Origin: Macrostomum lignano
Lineage: Eukaryota
Reading direction: 5' to 3'
Assembly: GCA_002269645.1 (NCBI GenBank)
Contig: NIVC01001593.1
Location: 50,287-114,286 of the forward strand
DNA length: 64,000 bases
Both the position numbers and the translations under genes were made by a program. Below, in pieces: positions 22,910-36,295 of this stretch (position 1 is its first letter; every line of letters begins with the position of its first letter). The notes beneath the pieces were generated by a model. The model was given only the letters and a program-made list of their open reading frames with translations, made no database searches and was not told the origin of the DNA.

Positions 22910-25355
22910 TTAGTTTGTTATAAATGTACTACAGGGGTCCTTGGTACGATCTTTGTCATACGCTTCCCTTTTTCTTATTTGATTTTGAGCAAGGATCGAA
23001 TGGATGCTTTCTTCGTAATTCACCAAAGTTGTACGTATAAGACATGAAAATGTCATCATTGAAGATTCAAGAAAACTGTTATTATTTAACACATCGGACA
23101 CTATAAAACTTTGGGCGTATCGAACCGATGGAATGGGGATTGTGGTGATCATGACTCTTAGGATAGAGATTTTTACTGTTTTATTACAGCATATTTTGGT
23201 CTTCCCCCAAACTATACACACGTAGGTTTTGACGCGACGTAGACTTCTGTTACCTGATTGAAGAACATTATTTGAAGCGCCTTCAGAAATATCCATCATA
23301 GAAGGTAGCCCATTCGTTTGCGAAACAAACTCGGCTGAGCACTGCGGGGTTGGTGTTGGCAGCTGTGTGTGCAGCGCAGGTCGTCGTTGCTTCTTTGACT
23401 TCCGTTTCGGACCAAGACGAAGCGCTCGGCGCAGCCTCCGACAAGCAGCATCAATAGACTTATCCATACGATCGTCTTCAAATGCTTCCCATTTTTCTTC
23501 CATCCTGTTGGCAAAGTCAACAATTTCGGCGCGAACTGCATCGCGGTGTTCAGTCAAACGGCGACGGTGCAAATTCTTGCGGCCGAGCCGGTCTGCAGCG
23601 TTGAGACCGGCACTAATTGTTGGCAGCGTCATGCGTCCCCACCTTTTGGGCGGTAATTACATTAGTTATCGGGCCAATTATTATATAAATCACCTGTTAT
23701 TTTAAGAAGCTTTAAAAACCATGCATCCGCGCACCTGTGCTCCTGACCGAAGCAGTTGACCTGAAACACCGGATCGCCGATTAGCGCAGTCTTGGACAGG
23801 GCCATCTGCTGAGCCACCGGGTCGTCCTGACGTTGCTGTCGACGTCCGCGTCTCAGTCTCAGTTTCTGGCTGCACTCGTGGTGCCGCAATTGCGACTTAT
23901 CGGACGCGCCAGCCGACTCGCAGGCGGGGAAGCGCCAGAACAATGGATCCTGCTGGCAGGGAGCGCCGTCAACAGGTGCGGAAGCGCGGGCAGTGCAGCA
24001 GCCGGACTCGAGGCCGCTCAGCTGCCGCAGCAGCCTATCAATCTTGCGTCGAGCGCCGGTGATTCGCTTGGTGATCTCGGCTCCAGCGCAGCTCGATCTG
24101 CCTGGTCTGGCGCGCGTGACCGCCGGGTTGCAGGCCAATGCCAGGTAGCGCAGATTGTCGCCCAGTAGTTGAGCTTGCTCCGTCAGCTCATGGCCATTGT
24201 CGGACAGTAATGGCTTGTGTGGCTCCGTGCAGCCATTGGCGTTGCTGCCGGACAGCAGGGTAGTGTTCGCGGGCTCCATGGACAGGCGCTGAAGCGATTC
24301 TATTGCTCCTAGCAGGACATCGCGCCTCTCCGGCTTATTGACGTTAGTTTTGCCTAGTTTTGATAAAATAACTGGAGTAGCTGTTTGGCCAATAGGCAGA
24401 TGTGCAACCGACAGCTCAGCCGCAGCTATTGCGCGGCGCATCTGAAGGCTGCGTACGGCTGTTCAGGCCGATGACTGGGGGGTCGTCACACACACCCTCA
24501 ATTAACCCAGCTAATGCTGGCACCCATTTTACAGCTGGGTGAACTGAAGCAATGCAGAGTTAAGTGTCTTGCTCAAGGACACAAATTTGTTTGCTGTGGG
24601 ATCGGGGAATCGACCCCCCCCCAAACCTTCAGTCCGATGCTCTAACCACTAGATTACAACGCTGTTTGACCGGTAATTAAAAAGGAGTGTCCCAGCGCGG
24701 CGTGAGGTGGGTGACTGGAGAAAGAAAATTTTGAACAATTTACGCGCGCCGTGGGCTCTGATAGGGGACTAGGGGGAGAGAGAGAACTGCCAAAGTGTAC
24801 ATGCCTACTTTATGAATAAACTCTAGCCAATAACAATGAGGCAGGAAAGACCATGCATGCAACCCCCTACAACCCCCAATCCCAAGGCGCAGTGAAGTGT
24901 ACATGCCTAACGATAAATAAAGTTGGACCGCTGTACACTCCTGCGTGTGTGTGTGCCTGCTCAGGGGAGTTGGCGGAACGGGCAGTAATGCCTCTCACGG
25001 CGTCTCGCCGGTTATGTGACAATGTCGTTTAAAGTGCAATACTTAATCCAGAAACTCCTGTGCTTGAAATCCTGGGAAATCCTGGCTAGAGTTTTACCGG
25101 ATTTAGAGGGAAACAGTCGGTCTTACCGTCTCTCTCATCCGTGCGCAAGGATTGCATCTCGGCCGATGGGCGCTCGCCCAGGAACCTATACAAGTTGGCC
25201 TGTAGACGGCTCGACCTGTCGCCGCAGCCGGCTTTGTAGCCTCTTCTGTCGCTTAGATGGCGCCGCAGCATTTGGCGCTGGCGCCGTCTGCTGGCGCTGT
25301 CGGCCGGCTGCTGCTCGGGTAGCATTTGCGGCGCGCGTGTTTCTGTGCAAATTTG
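22910..25355 (-). CDS. Uncharacterised spliced gene, copy 1 (candidate exons 25127-25355, 23735-~24441, 22910/23254-23642)
   Basis: GC-rich open frames joined in phase by a 92-nt AT-rich intron (AG|GTGCGC...ACTAAT...AAAAG|G). Donors G|GTAAGA at 25127 and G|GTAACA at 23254. The exact exon 2 acceptor is uncertain, and no family was recognised. Confidence 0.6.
24445..24660 (-). mobile_element. tRNA-derived SINE with CORE-like domain, copy 1
   Basis: The minus strand has an A-box (TAGTGGTTAGAG) and a B-box-like GGTCGATTCCC, then TGTGTCCTTGAGCAAGACACTTAACTC...CTTCAGTTCACCCAGCTGTAAAATGGG, which resembles the MIR CORE. Confidence 0.75.
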
Positions 25356-28300
25356 CTTTGCCTTTCCCCGAGTTGGACTTCGTCCATCGGGTTTGTCCAC
25401 CGTTTAATCCACGCAGTGTTCATGCATGCCCTCATACTGGAGGTTTGTTAAAATGCGCTCATTACGGTAACTTTTGCGAAAATCCATGTTGTGAATGGTG
25501 CGTGCCCATCACCTAGCCCAGCCGTTGCTCCATTGTGAGAACCATTTCTACGGTCTATTTAAACCCCTTATCTTTTGGTGTAATTGCTCTCTCTCTCCCT
25601 CTCTCTCCCGCTCCCTTTCTCTTCCTCTTCTGTGCCCGCGTTTTTTTTCCTTTCTGTTTGTACTTAATATTCAGCGCGCCCAGTTGTATTAAATCCCGAT
25701 CGCATTCAGCACCCAGGTACCGCCTGCGAACATCATCCTCGTCGATAATAATAATATTATTTACTTTCGCCTGCTTACAGTTAATAATAATAACGTTAAC
25801 CATTAACCATACATTAATCTATATTTATCCGTTGACATTAAGCCATAGCATTTTATTGAATCATTTGCCTGTGGGGCATAAAATAACCAAGTCCTCATCT
25901 CAAAGATAGCTCTGGGACTTATCCGTTCCGTAATACGTAAATTACGGTGGTGGCAGCAACTACCCTACTGAAAGTAGCAAACTCAGCTATTCGACGCATT
26001 ATTTTACGGAGTCAGGAATCTCCAATTACAGTGTTTCATCGATTTGAACGACCTCGCCGCTACACAACCGCTCCGCTACGATTACGACTACCCTCCCCCG
26101 GACTTGAGAACCCGGCAGCCGGAGTAAAAGGAGAAAGATTTTCCTGTTGAGATTCGTCTGCGCGATTTTCCCAGTTTTATTCGTGCGAACTCAACATTTG
26201 GCGGAAATTCAAACGAGGAATCCACCCCAGCTCACTGGTGTCAGCAAATTTTCAAAACCGCCCAATTTCCAAGAAAATCTCCTCCACCCCCGCCTCAAAC
26301 CCATTCAATATTAACAACATGGCTGCCATGCAAGTTTCATTGACACGGCCACTGAGTCTATAAGTTTCTGCATTATAGACACAGTTGCCATGTCTTTAAG
26401 TGTGGCATTTTAACAAAGTAGCCTAAATTGCCATCAGGTAGGCCCTAGTAAAAACATTTTTATTACCAGTTTAGAAATTAATAAAAATATATATAGCCTG
26501 ATGTCTTCAAAATAAAAAAACCTTAAAAAAATTTGTGAAAATATTACAATAGGCTTACTAAGAAAAGGCTTTTTGTCTATTTAATTAACAAATTGGTAGC
26601 AGATTAATAAACTAGAAATGAGAAATAATAGGCCTAAACATACTGGGCCTAATTCAAATAAATACCTAGGCCTCTCTACTAGGCCTATAGTCATAGAGGG
26701 GCTACAAAATGACAAAAAATGATCTAATTGAATAATATATAGGCCTAAAGCAAGTTTTATAAAATTTTAAATCCTTTGAACATGAAAAATTTCAAGTTAT
26801 GAATAAATCACAAAGTCAAATGTCTTGGTAAAATGGTATTTTCAAAAAATTTTCTTTTTCATATTTTAGTTAAAGAAAATACTTTTTATGCTGCATTCTT
26901 ATATTTTCACATCAAGTTTATAATGGTTGAAAACATTGATTGTTATAGGATAGTTCTGATAAAAGTCATTCAAGACATTTTATGCCATTGGCATTGTCAT
27001 GTCATTTTTAGAAACTGGAAGCATCACCATCAGTTTTAATAATAGAAACAAGAAAATTTAGACCCATCCTCTACTGCAAAGCTGTTAAACTTCCCATTCG
27101 AAGCTGCAGTTATCTGAAAGTGAAAGTGTAAAGTTAATGATTATAAAAAATTATTGAAAATATCAAAATGATACATGGTACACACCGTACATGTTCAATA
27201 TCCTAGCTTTTAAGTTTTAACATACTCATAGATATCACACGGTCTAGATCAACAGATCGGTAAAAATGGATCGACCAAAATAACTTTGGCATTGCATCAG
27301 AGTAACACCTTTTAAAGAAAGCATGTCTGAAAATTTTCAGAAACTAAAAATACAACTTTACATCTTTACTTGAGTTCTTAAAATTTTTGTAAAATTACTA
27401 CAGTGTTACTAACAAACGGAGTAATCTTATTCTTATGTTATATTTAGCCTACTAAGATGTCCATCTGGCTCTCCATCTCCTCCATAAGATGGCTCTCCAT
27501 CTGCAGTCTCAAGTATACGAGGGAAGGGACTTCTTAAACAAACAAACTTTACAAGATTTTGCAAAAAAATATTCTAAATTTAAAAGCACTGTAAGTAAAA
27601 AATTAACGCATCTAATAACACCCAATAATAATTAAGAACCTTAAAAAGTATTATAAAATTTAATTATACACTAATTCCTTGCCGCATCACATATGCTGCT
27701 TGAAATTATTTGTTTTAGCATAGCCAAAGCGTTTTTTTCGAATAAATTAACTCCGTAAATGTCTGCATGTCTTCATGTGGACAACATAATAAAATATTGG
27801 TTATCGGGAGCACGAGAATCGCTCACAGATGAATTTCCCACCGAGATTTTCCCGTCGAGATTTGCCCGCATGCAGTGCGTGTATATTTTGCCCGTGAGTG
27901 AAAATTGCCCGACGAGCGACCGCCGAGAACTGCTCTCCGAAATTTTCCCACACTGCAATTTGCCCGCGAGTGAACTACCCGCGAACGAATTTCCTGCAGA
28001 TTTTTCCCGCCGAGGTTTGCCCCACAATGCTTTTTTCCAACAGCGCATTTTGCTACATTTTCATCCCCATTTTGTGCATTTTCTATACGCATGTAGGGGG
28101 TTACATCGGTGAGCTGTTATAATTCATGCATATGCATTATCTCCTAAATCTCTTTATTAAGACTGCTTATAAATCTCCTGTATAATACCCCTGTAATTTT
28201 ATTACCCCTGTATCTCTCCTTAGCGTAAGCATTGGGGGCAAAACGCGTCGCAAAAGCATGCACTGCGTCGGAAGCTCGGCGGGCAATGCGGGCAATTCTG

Positions 28301-28378
28301 CTGGCAATTCTCATGGACCCTGCTTATCATCCCTGGCTGAGCGATCCAAGGACCACTGTAGAGGTATAAACTGTACGT

Positions 28379-30824
28379 TTAGTTTGTTATAAATGTACTA
28401 CAGGGGTCCTTGGTACGATCTTTGTCATACGCTTCCCTTTTTCTTATTTGATTTTGAGCAAGGATCGAATGGATGCTTTCTTCGTAATTCACCAAAGTTG
28501 TACGTATAAGACATGAAAATGTCATCATTGAAGATTCAAGAAAACTGTTATTATTTAACACATCGGACACTATAAAACTTTGGGCGTATCGAACCGATGG
28601 AATGGGGATTGTGGTGATCATGACTCTTAGGATAGAGATTTTTACTGTTTTATTACAGCATATTTTGGTCTTCCCCCAAACTATACACACGTAGGTTTTG
28701 ACGCGACGTAGACTTCTGTTACCTGATTGAAGAACATTATTTGAAGCGCCTTCAGAAATATCCATCATAGAAGGTAGCCCATTCGTTTGCGAAACAAACT
28801 CGGCTGAGCACTGCGGGGTTGGTGTTGGCAGCTGTGTGTGCAGCGCAGGTCGTCGTTGCTTCTTTGACTTCCGTTTCGGACCAAGACGAAGCGCTCGGCG
28901 CAGCCTCCGACAAGCAGCATCAATAGACTTATCCATACGATCGTCTTCAAATGCTTCCCATTTTTCTTCCATCCTGTTGGCAAAGTCAACAATTTCGGCG
29001 CGAACTGCATCGCGGTGTTCAGTCAAACGGCGACGGTGCAAATTCTTGCGGCCGAGCCGGTCTGCAGCGTTGAGACCGGCACTAATTGTTGGCAGCGTCA
29101 TGCGTCCCCACCTTTTGGGCGGTAATTACATTAGTTATCGGGCCAATTATTATATAAATCACCTGTTATTTTAAGAAGCTTTAAAAACCATGCATCCGCG
29201 CACCTGTGCTCCTGACCGAAGCAGTTGACCTGAAACACCGGATCGCCGATTAGCGCAGTCTTGGACAGGGCCATCTGCTGAGCCACCGGGTCGTCCTGAC
29301 GTTGCTGTCGACGTCCGCGTCTCAGTCTCAGTTTCTGGCTGCACTCGTGGTGCCGCAATTGCGACTTATCGGACGCGCCAGCCGACTCGCAGGCGGGGAA
29401 GCGCCAGAACAATGGATCCTGCTGGCAGGGAGCGCCGTCAACAGGTGCGGAAGCGCGGGCAGTGCAGCAGCCGGACTCGAGGCCGCTCAGCTGCCGCAGC
29501 AGCCTATCAATCTTGCGTCGAGCGCCGGTGATTCGCTTGGTGATCTCGGCTCCAGCGCAGCTCGATCTGCCTGGTCTGGCGCGCGTGACCGCCGGGTTGC
29601 AGGCCAATGCCAGGTAGCGCAGATTGTCGCCCAGTAGTTGAGCTTGCTCCGTCAGCTCATGGCCATTGTCGGACAGTAATGGCTTGTGTGGCTCCGTGCA
29701 GCCATTGGCGTTGCTGCCGGACAGCAGGGTAGTGTTCGCGGGCTCCATGGACAGGCGCTGAAGCGATTCTATTGCTCCTAGCAGGACATCGCGCCTCTCC
29801 GGCTTATTGACGTTAGTTTTGCCTAGTTTTGATAAAATAACTGGAGTAGCTGTTTGGCCAATAGGCAGATGTGCAACCGACAGCTCAGCCGCAGCTATTG
29901 CGCGGCGCATCTGAAGGCTGCGTACGGCTGTTCAGGCCGATGACTGGGGGGTCGTCACACACACCCTCAATTAACCCAGCTAATGCTGGCACCCATTTTA
30001 CAGCTGGGTGAACTGAAGCAATGCAGAGTTAAGTGTCTTGCTCAAGGACACAAATTTGTTTGCTGTGGGATCGGGGAATCGACCCCCCCCCAAACCTTCA
30101 GTCCGATGCTCTAACCACTAGATTACAACGCTGTTTGACCGGTAATTAAAAAGGAGTGTCCCAGCGCGGCGTGAGGTGGGTGACTGGAGAAAGAAAATTT
30201 TGAACAATTTACGCGCGCCGTGGGCTCTGATAGGGGACTAGGGGGAGAGAGAGAACTGCCAAAGTGTACATGCCTACTTTATGAATAAACTCTAGCCAAT
30301 AACAATGAGGCAGGAAAGACCATGCATGCAACCCCCTACAACCCCCAATCCCAAGGCGCAGTGAAGTGTACATGCCTAACGATAAATAAAGTTGGACCGC
30401 TGTACACTCCTGCGTGTGTGTGTGCCTGCTCAGGGGAGTTGGCGGAACGGGCAGTAATGCCTCTCACGGCGTCTCGCCGGTTATGTGACAATGTCGTTTA
30501 AAGTGCAATACTTAATCCAGAAACTCCTGTGCTTGAAATCCTGGGAAATCCTGGCTAGAGTTTTACCGGATTTAGAGGGAAACAGTCGGTCTTACCGTCT
30601 CTCTCATCCGTGCGCAAGGATTGCATCTCGGCCGATGGGCGCTCGCCCAGGAACCTATACAAGTTGGCCTGTAGACGGCTCGACCTGTCGCCGCAGCCGG
30701 CTTTGTAGCCTCTTCTGTCGCTTAGATGGCGCCGCAGCATTTGGCGCTGGCGCCGTCTGCTGGCGCTGTCGGCCGGCTGCTGCTCGGGTAGCATTTGCGG
30801 CGCGCGTGTTTCTGTGCAAATTTG
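28379..30824 (-). CDS. Uncharacterised spliced gene, copy 2
   Basis: Same ORFs as copy 1 at +5469. Confidence 0.6.
29914..30129 (-). mobile_element. CORE-like SINE, copy 2
   Basis: Duplicate of 24445-24660. Confidence 0.75.
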
Positions 30825-33800
30825 CTTTGCCTTTCCCCGAGTTGGACTTCGTCCATCGGGTTTGTCCACCGTTTAATCCACGCAGTGTTCATGCATGCCC
30901 TCATACTGGAGGTTTGTTAAAATGCGCTCATTACGGTAACTTTTGCGAAAATCCATGTTGTGAATGGTGCGTGCCCATCACCTAGCCCAGCCGTTGCTCC
31001 ATTGTGAGAACCATTTCTACGGTCTATTTAAACCCCTTATCTTTTGGTGTAATTGCTCTCTCTCTCCCTCTCTCTCCCGCTCCCTTTCTCTTCCTCTTCT
31101 GTGCCCGCGTTTTTTTTCCTTTCTGTTTGTACTTAATATTCAGCGCGCCCAGTTGTATTAAATCCCGATCGCATTCAGCACCCAGGTACCGCCTGCGAAC
31201 ATCATCCTCGTCGATAATAATAATATTATTTACTTTCGCCTGCTTACAGTTAATAATAATAACGTTAACCATTAACCATACATTAATCTATATTTATCCG
31301 TTGACATTAAGCCATAGCATTTTATTGAATCATTTGCCTGTGGGGCATAAAATAACCAAGTCCTCATCTCAAAGATAGCTCTGGGACTTATCCGTTCCGT
31401 AATACGTAAATTACGGTGGTGGCAGCAACTACCCTACTGAAAGTAGCAAACTCAGCTATTCGACGCATTATTTTACGGAGTCAGGAATCTCCAATTACAG
31501 TGTTTCATCGATTTGAACGACCTCGCCGCTACACAACCGCTCCGCTACGATTACGACTACCCTCCCCCCGGACTTGAGAACCCGGCAGCCGGAGTAAAAG
31601 GAGAAAGATTTTCCTGTTGAGATTCGTCTGCGCGATTTTCCCAGTTTTATTCGTGCGAACTCAACATTTGGCGGAAATTCAAACGAGGAATCCACCCCAG
31701 CTCACTGGTGTCAGCAAATTTTCAAAACCGCCCAATTTCCAAGAAAATCTCCTCCACCCCCGCCTCAAACCCATTCAATATTAACAACATGGCTGCCATG
31801 CAAGTTTCATTGACACGGCCACTGAGTCTATAAGTTTCTGCATTATAGACACAGTTGCCATGTCTTTAAGTGTGGCATTTTAACAAAGTAGCCTAAATTG
31901 CCATCAGGTAGGCCCTAGTAAAAACATTTTTATTACCAGTTTAGAAATTAATAAAAATATATATAGCCTGATGTCTTCAAAATAAAAAAACCTTAAAAAA
32001 ATTTGTGAAAATATTACAATAGGCTTACTAAGAAAAGGCTTTTTGTCTATTTAATTAACAAATTGGTAGCAGATTAATAAACTAGAAATGAGAAATAATA
32101 GGCCTAAACATACTGGGCCTAATTCAAATAAATACCTAGGCCTCTCTACTAGGCCTATAGTCATAGAGGGGCTACAAAATGACAAAAAATGATCTAATTG
32201 AATAATATATAGGCCTAAAGCAAGTTTTATAAAATTTTAAATCCTTTGAACATGAAAAATTTCAAGTTATGAATAAATCACAAAGTCAAATTTCTTGGTA
32301 AAATGGTATTTTCAAAAAATTTTCTTTTTCATATTTTAGTTAAAGAAAATACTTTTTATGCTGCATTCTTATATTTTCACATCAAGTTTATAATGGTTGA
32401 AAACATTGATTGTTATAGGATAGTTCTGATAAAAGTCATTCAAGACATTTTATGCCATTGGCATTGTCATGTCATTTTTAGAAACTGGAAGCATCACCAT
32501 CAGTTTTAATAATAGAAACAAGAAAATTTAGACCCATCCTCTACTGCAAAGCTGTTAAACTTCCCATTCGAAGCTGCAGTTATCTGAAAGTGAAAGTGTA
32601 AAGTTAATGATTATAAAAAATTATTGAAAATATCAAAATGATACATGGTACACACCGTACATGTTCAATATCCTAGCTTTTAAGTTTTAACATACTCATA
32701 GATATCACACGGTCTAGATCAACAGATCGGTAAAAATGGATCGACCAAAATAACTTTGGCATTGCATCAGAGTAACACCTTTTAAAGAAAGCATGTCTGA
32801 AAATTTTCAGAAACTAAAAATACAACTTTACATCTTTACTTGAGTTCTTAAAATTTTTGTAAAATTACTACAGTGTTACTAACAAACGGAGTAATCTTAT
32901 TCTTATGTTATATTTAGCCTACTAAGATGTCCATCTGGCTCTCCATCTCCTCCATAAGATGGCTCTCCATCTGCAGTCTCAAGTATACGAGGGAAGGGAC
33001 TTCTTAAACAAACAAACTTTACAAGATTTTGCAAAAAAATATTCTAAATTTAAAAGCACTGTAAGTAAAAAATTAACGCATCTAATAACACCCAATAATA
33101 ATTAAGAACCTTAAAAAGTATTATAAAATTTAATTATACACTAATTCCTTGCCGCATCACATATGCTGCTTGAAATTATTTGTTTTAGCATAGCCAAAGC
33201 GTTTTTTTCGAATAAATTAACTCCGTAAATGTCTGCATGTCTTCATGTGGACAACATAATAAAATATTGGTTATCGGGAGCACGAGAATCGCTCACAGAT
33301 GAATTTCCCACCGAGATTTTCCCGTCGAGATTTGCCCGCATGCAGTGCGTGTATATTTTGCCCGTGAGTGAAAATTGCCCGACGAGCGACCGCCGAGAAC
33401 TGCTCTCCGAAATTTTCCCACACTGCAATTTGCCCGCGAGTGAACTACCCGCGAACGAATTTCCTGCAGATTTTTCCCGCCGAGGTTTGCCCCACAATGC
33501 TTTTTTCCAACAGCGCATTTTGCTACATTTTCATCCCCATTTTGTGCATTTTCTATACGCATGTAGGGGGTTACATCGGTGAGCTGTTATAATTCATGCA
33601 TATGCATTATCTCCTAAATCTCTTTATTAAGACTGCTTATAAATCTCCTGTATAATACCCCTGTAATTTTATTACCCCTGTATCTCTCCTTAGCGTAAGC
33701 ATTGGGGGCAAAACGCGTCGCAAAAGCATGCACTGCGTCGGAAGCTCGGCGGGCAATGCGGGCAATTCTGCTGGCAATTCTCATGGACCCTGCTTATCAT

Positions 33801-33848
33801 CCCTGGCTGAGCGATCCAAGGACCACTGTAGAGGTATAAACTGTACGT

Positions 33849-36295
33849 TTAGTTTGTTATAAATGTACTACAGGGGTCCTTGGTACGATCTTTGTCATAC
33901 GCTTCCCTTTTTCTTATTTGATTTTGAGCAAGGATCGAATGGATGCTTTCTTCGTAATTCACCAAAGTTGTACGTATAAGACATGAAAATGTCATCATTG
34001 AAGATTCAAGAAAACTGTTATTATTTAACACATCGGACACTATAAAACTTTGGGCGTATCGAACCGATGGAATGGGGATTGTGGTGATCATGACTCTTAG
34101 GATAGAGATTTTTACTGTTTTATTACAGCATATTTTGGTCTTCCCCCAAACTATACACACGTAGGTTTTGACGCGACGTAGACTTCTGTTACCTGATTGA
34201 AGAACATTATTTGAAGCGCCTTCAGAAATATCCATCATAGAAGGTAGCCCATTCGTTTGCGAAACAAACTCGGCTGAGCACTGCGGGGTTGGTGTTGGCA
34301 GCTGTGTGTGCAGCGCAGGTCGTCGTTGCTTCTTTGACTTCCGTTTCGGACCAAGACGAAGCGCTCGGCGCAGCCTCCGACAAGCAGCATCAATAGACTT
34401 ATCCATACGATCGTCTTCAAATGCTTCCCATTTTTCTTCCATCCTGTTGGCAAAGTCAACAATTTCGGCGCGAACTGCATCGCGGTGTTCAGTCAAACGG
34501 CGACGGTGCAAATTCTTGCGGCCGAGCCGGTCTGCAGCGTTGAGACCGGCACTAATTGTTGGCAGCGTCATGCGTCCCCACCTTTTGGGCGGTAATTACA
34601 TTAGTTATCGGGCCAATTATTATATAAATCACCTGTTATTTTAAGAAGCTTTAAAAACCATGCATCCGCGCACCTGTGCTCCTGACCGAAGCAGTTGACC
34701 TGAAACACCGGATCGCCGATTAGCGCAGTCTTGGACAGGGCCATCTGCTGAGCCACCGGGTCGTCCTGACGTTGCTGTCGACGTCCGCGTCTCAGTCTCA
34801 GTTTCTGGCTGCACTCGTGGTGCCGCAATTGCGACTTATCGGACGCGCCAGCCGACTCGCAGGCGGGGAAGCGCCAGAACAATGGATCCTGCTGGCAGGG
34901 AGCGCCGTCAACAGGTGCGGAAGCGCGGGCAGTGCAGCAGCCGGACTCGAGGCCGCTCAGCTGCCGCAGCAGCCTATCAATCTTGCGTCGAGCGCCGGTG
35001 ATTCGCTTGGTGATCTCGGCTCCAGCGCAGCTCGATCTGCCTGGTCTGGCGCGCGTGACCGCCGGGTTGCAGGCCAATGCCAGGTAGCGCAGATTGTCGC
35101 CCAGTAGTTGAGCTTGCTCCGTCAGCTCATGGCCATTGTCGGACAGTAATGGCTTGTGTGGCTCCGTGCAGCCATTGGCGTTGCTGCCGGACAGCAGGGT
35201 AGTGTTCGCGGGCTCCATGGACAGGCGCTGAAGCGATTCTATTGCTCCTAGCAGGACATCGCGCCTCTCCGGCTTATTGACGTTAGTTTTGCCTAGTTTT
35301 GATAAAATAACTGGAGTAGCTGTTTGGCCAATAGGCAGATGTGCAACCGACAGCTCAGCCGCAGCTATTGCGCGGCGCATCTGAAGGCTGCGTACGGCTG
35401 TTCAGGCCGATGACTGGGGGTCGTCACACACACCCTCAATTAACCCAGCTAATGCTGGCACCCATTTTACAGCTGGGTGAACTGAAGCAATGCAGAGTTA
35501 AGTGTCTTGCTCAAGGACACAAATTTGTTTGCTGTGGGATCGGGGAATCGACCCCCCCCCCCAAACCTTCAGTCCGATGCTCTAACCACTAGATTACAAC
35601 GCTGTTTGACCGGTAATTAAAAAGGAGTGTCCCAGCGCGGCGTGAGGTGGGTGACTGGAGAAAGAAAATTTTGAACAATTTACGCGCGCCGTGGGCTCTG
35701 ATAGGGGACTAGGGGGAGAGAGAGAACTGCCAAAGTGTACATGCCTACTTTATGAATAAACTCTAGCCAATAACAATGAGGCAGGAAAGACCATGCATGC
35801 AACCCCCTACAACCCCCAATCCCAAGGCGCAGTGAAGTGTACATGCCTAACGATAAATAAAGTTGGACCGCTGTACACTCCTGCGTGTGTGTGTGCCTGC
35901 TCAGGGGAGTTGGCGGAACGGGCAGTAATGCCTCTCACGGCGTCTCGCCGGTTATGTGACAATGTCGTTTAAAGTGCAATACTTAATCCAGAAACTCCTG
36001 TGCTTGAAATCCTGGGAAATCCTGGCTAGAGTTTTACCGGATTTAGAGGGAAACAGTCGGTCTTACCGTCTCTCTCATCCGTGCGCAAGGATTGCATCTC
36101 GGCCGATGGGCGCTCGCCCAGGAACCTATACAAGTTGGCCTGTAGACGGCTCGACCTGTCGCCGCAGCCGGCTTTGTAGCCTCTTCTGTCGCTTAGATGG
36201 CGCCGCAGCATTTGGCGCTGGCGCCGTCTGCTGGCGCTGTCGGCCGGCTGCTGCTCGGGTAGCATTTGCGGCGCGCGTGTTTCTGTGCAAATTTG
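33849..36295 (-). CDS. Uncharacterised spliced gene, copy 3 (keeps the native upstream sequence)
   Basis: Same ORFs; the first exon is preceded by an intact acceptor CTTCTTATATTTCAG|CAA. Confidence 0.62.
35384..35600 (-). mobile_element. CORE-like SINE, copy 3
   Basis: Duplicate differing only in homopolymer lengths. Confidence 0.75.

Larger units (their letters stand above)
19892..25360 (+). repeat. Tandem segmental duplication, unit 1 (5469 bp)
   Basis: The sequence starting CCTTTCCCCGAG at 19892 recurs at 25361 and 30830; all ORFs repeat at +5469 to +5471. Confidence 0.96.
25361..30829 (+). repeat. Tandem segmental duplication, unit 2; begins with a 5'-truncated LTR (25361-26297)
   Basis: Near-identical to unit 1; junction ATTTGCT-TTG-CCTTTCCCC. 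Confidence 0.96.
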
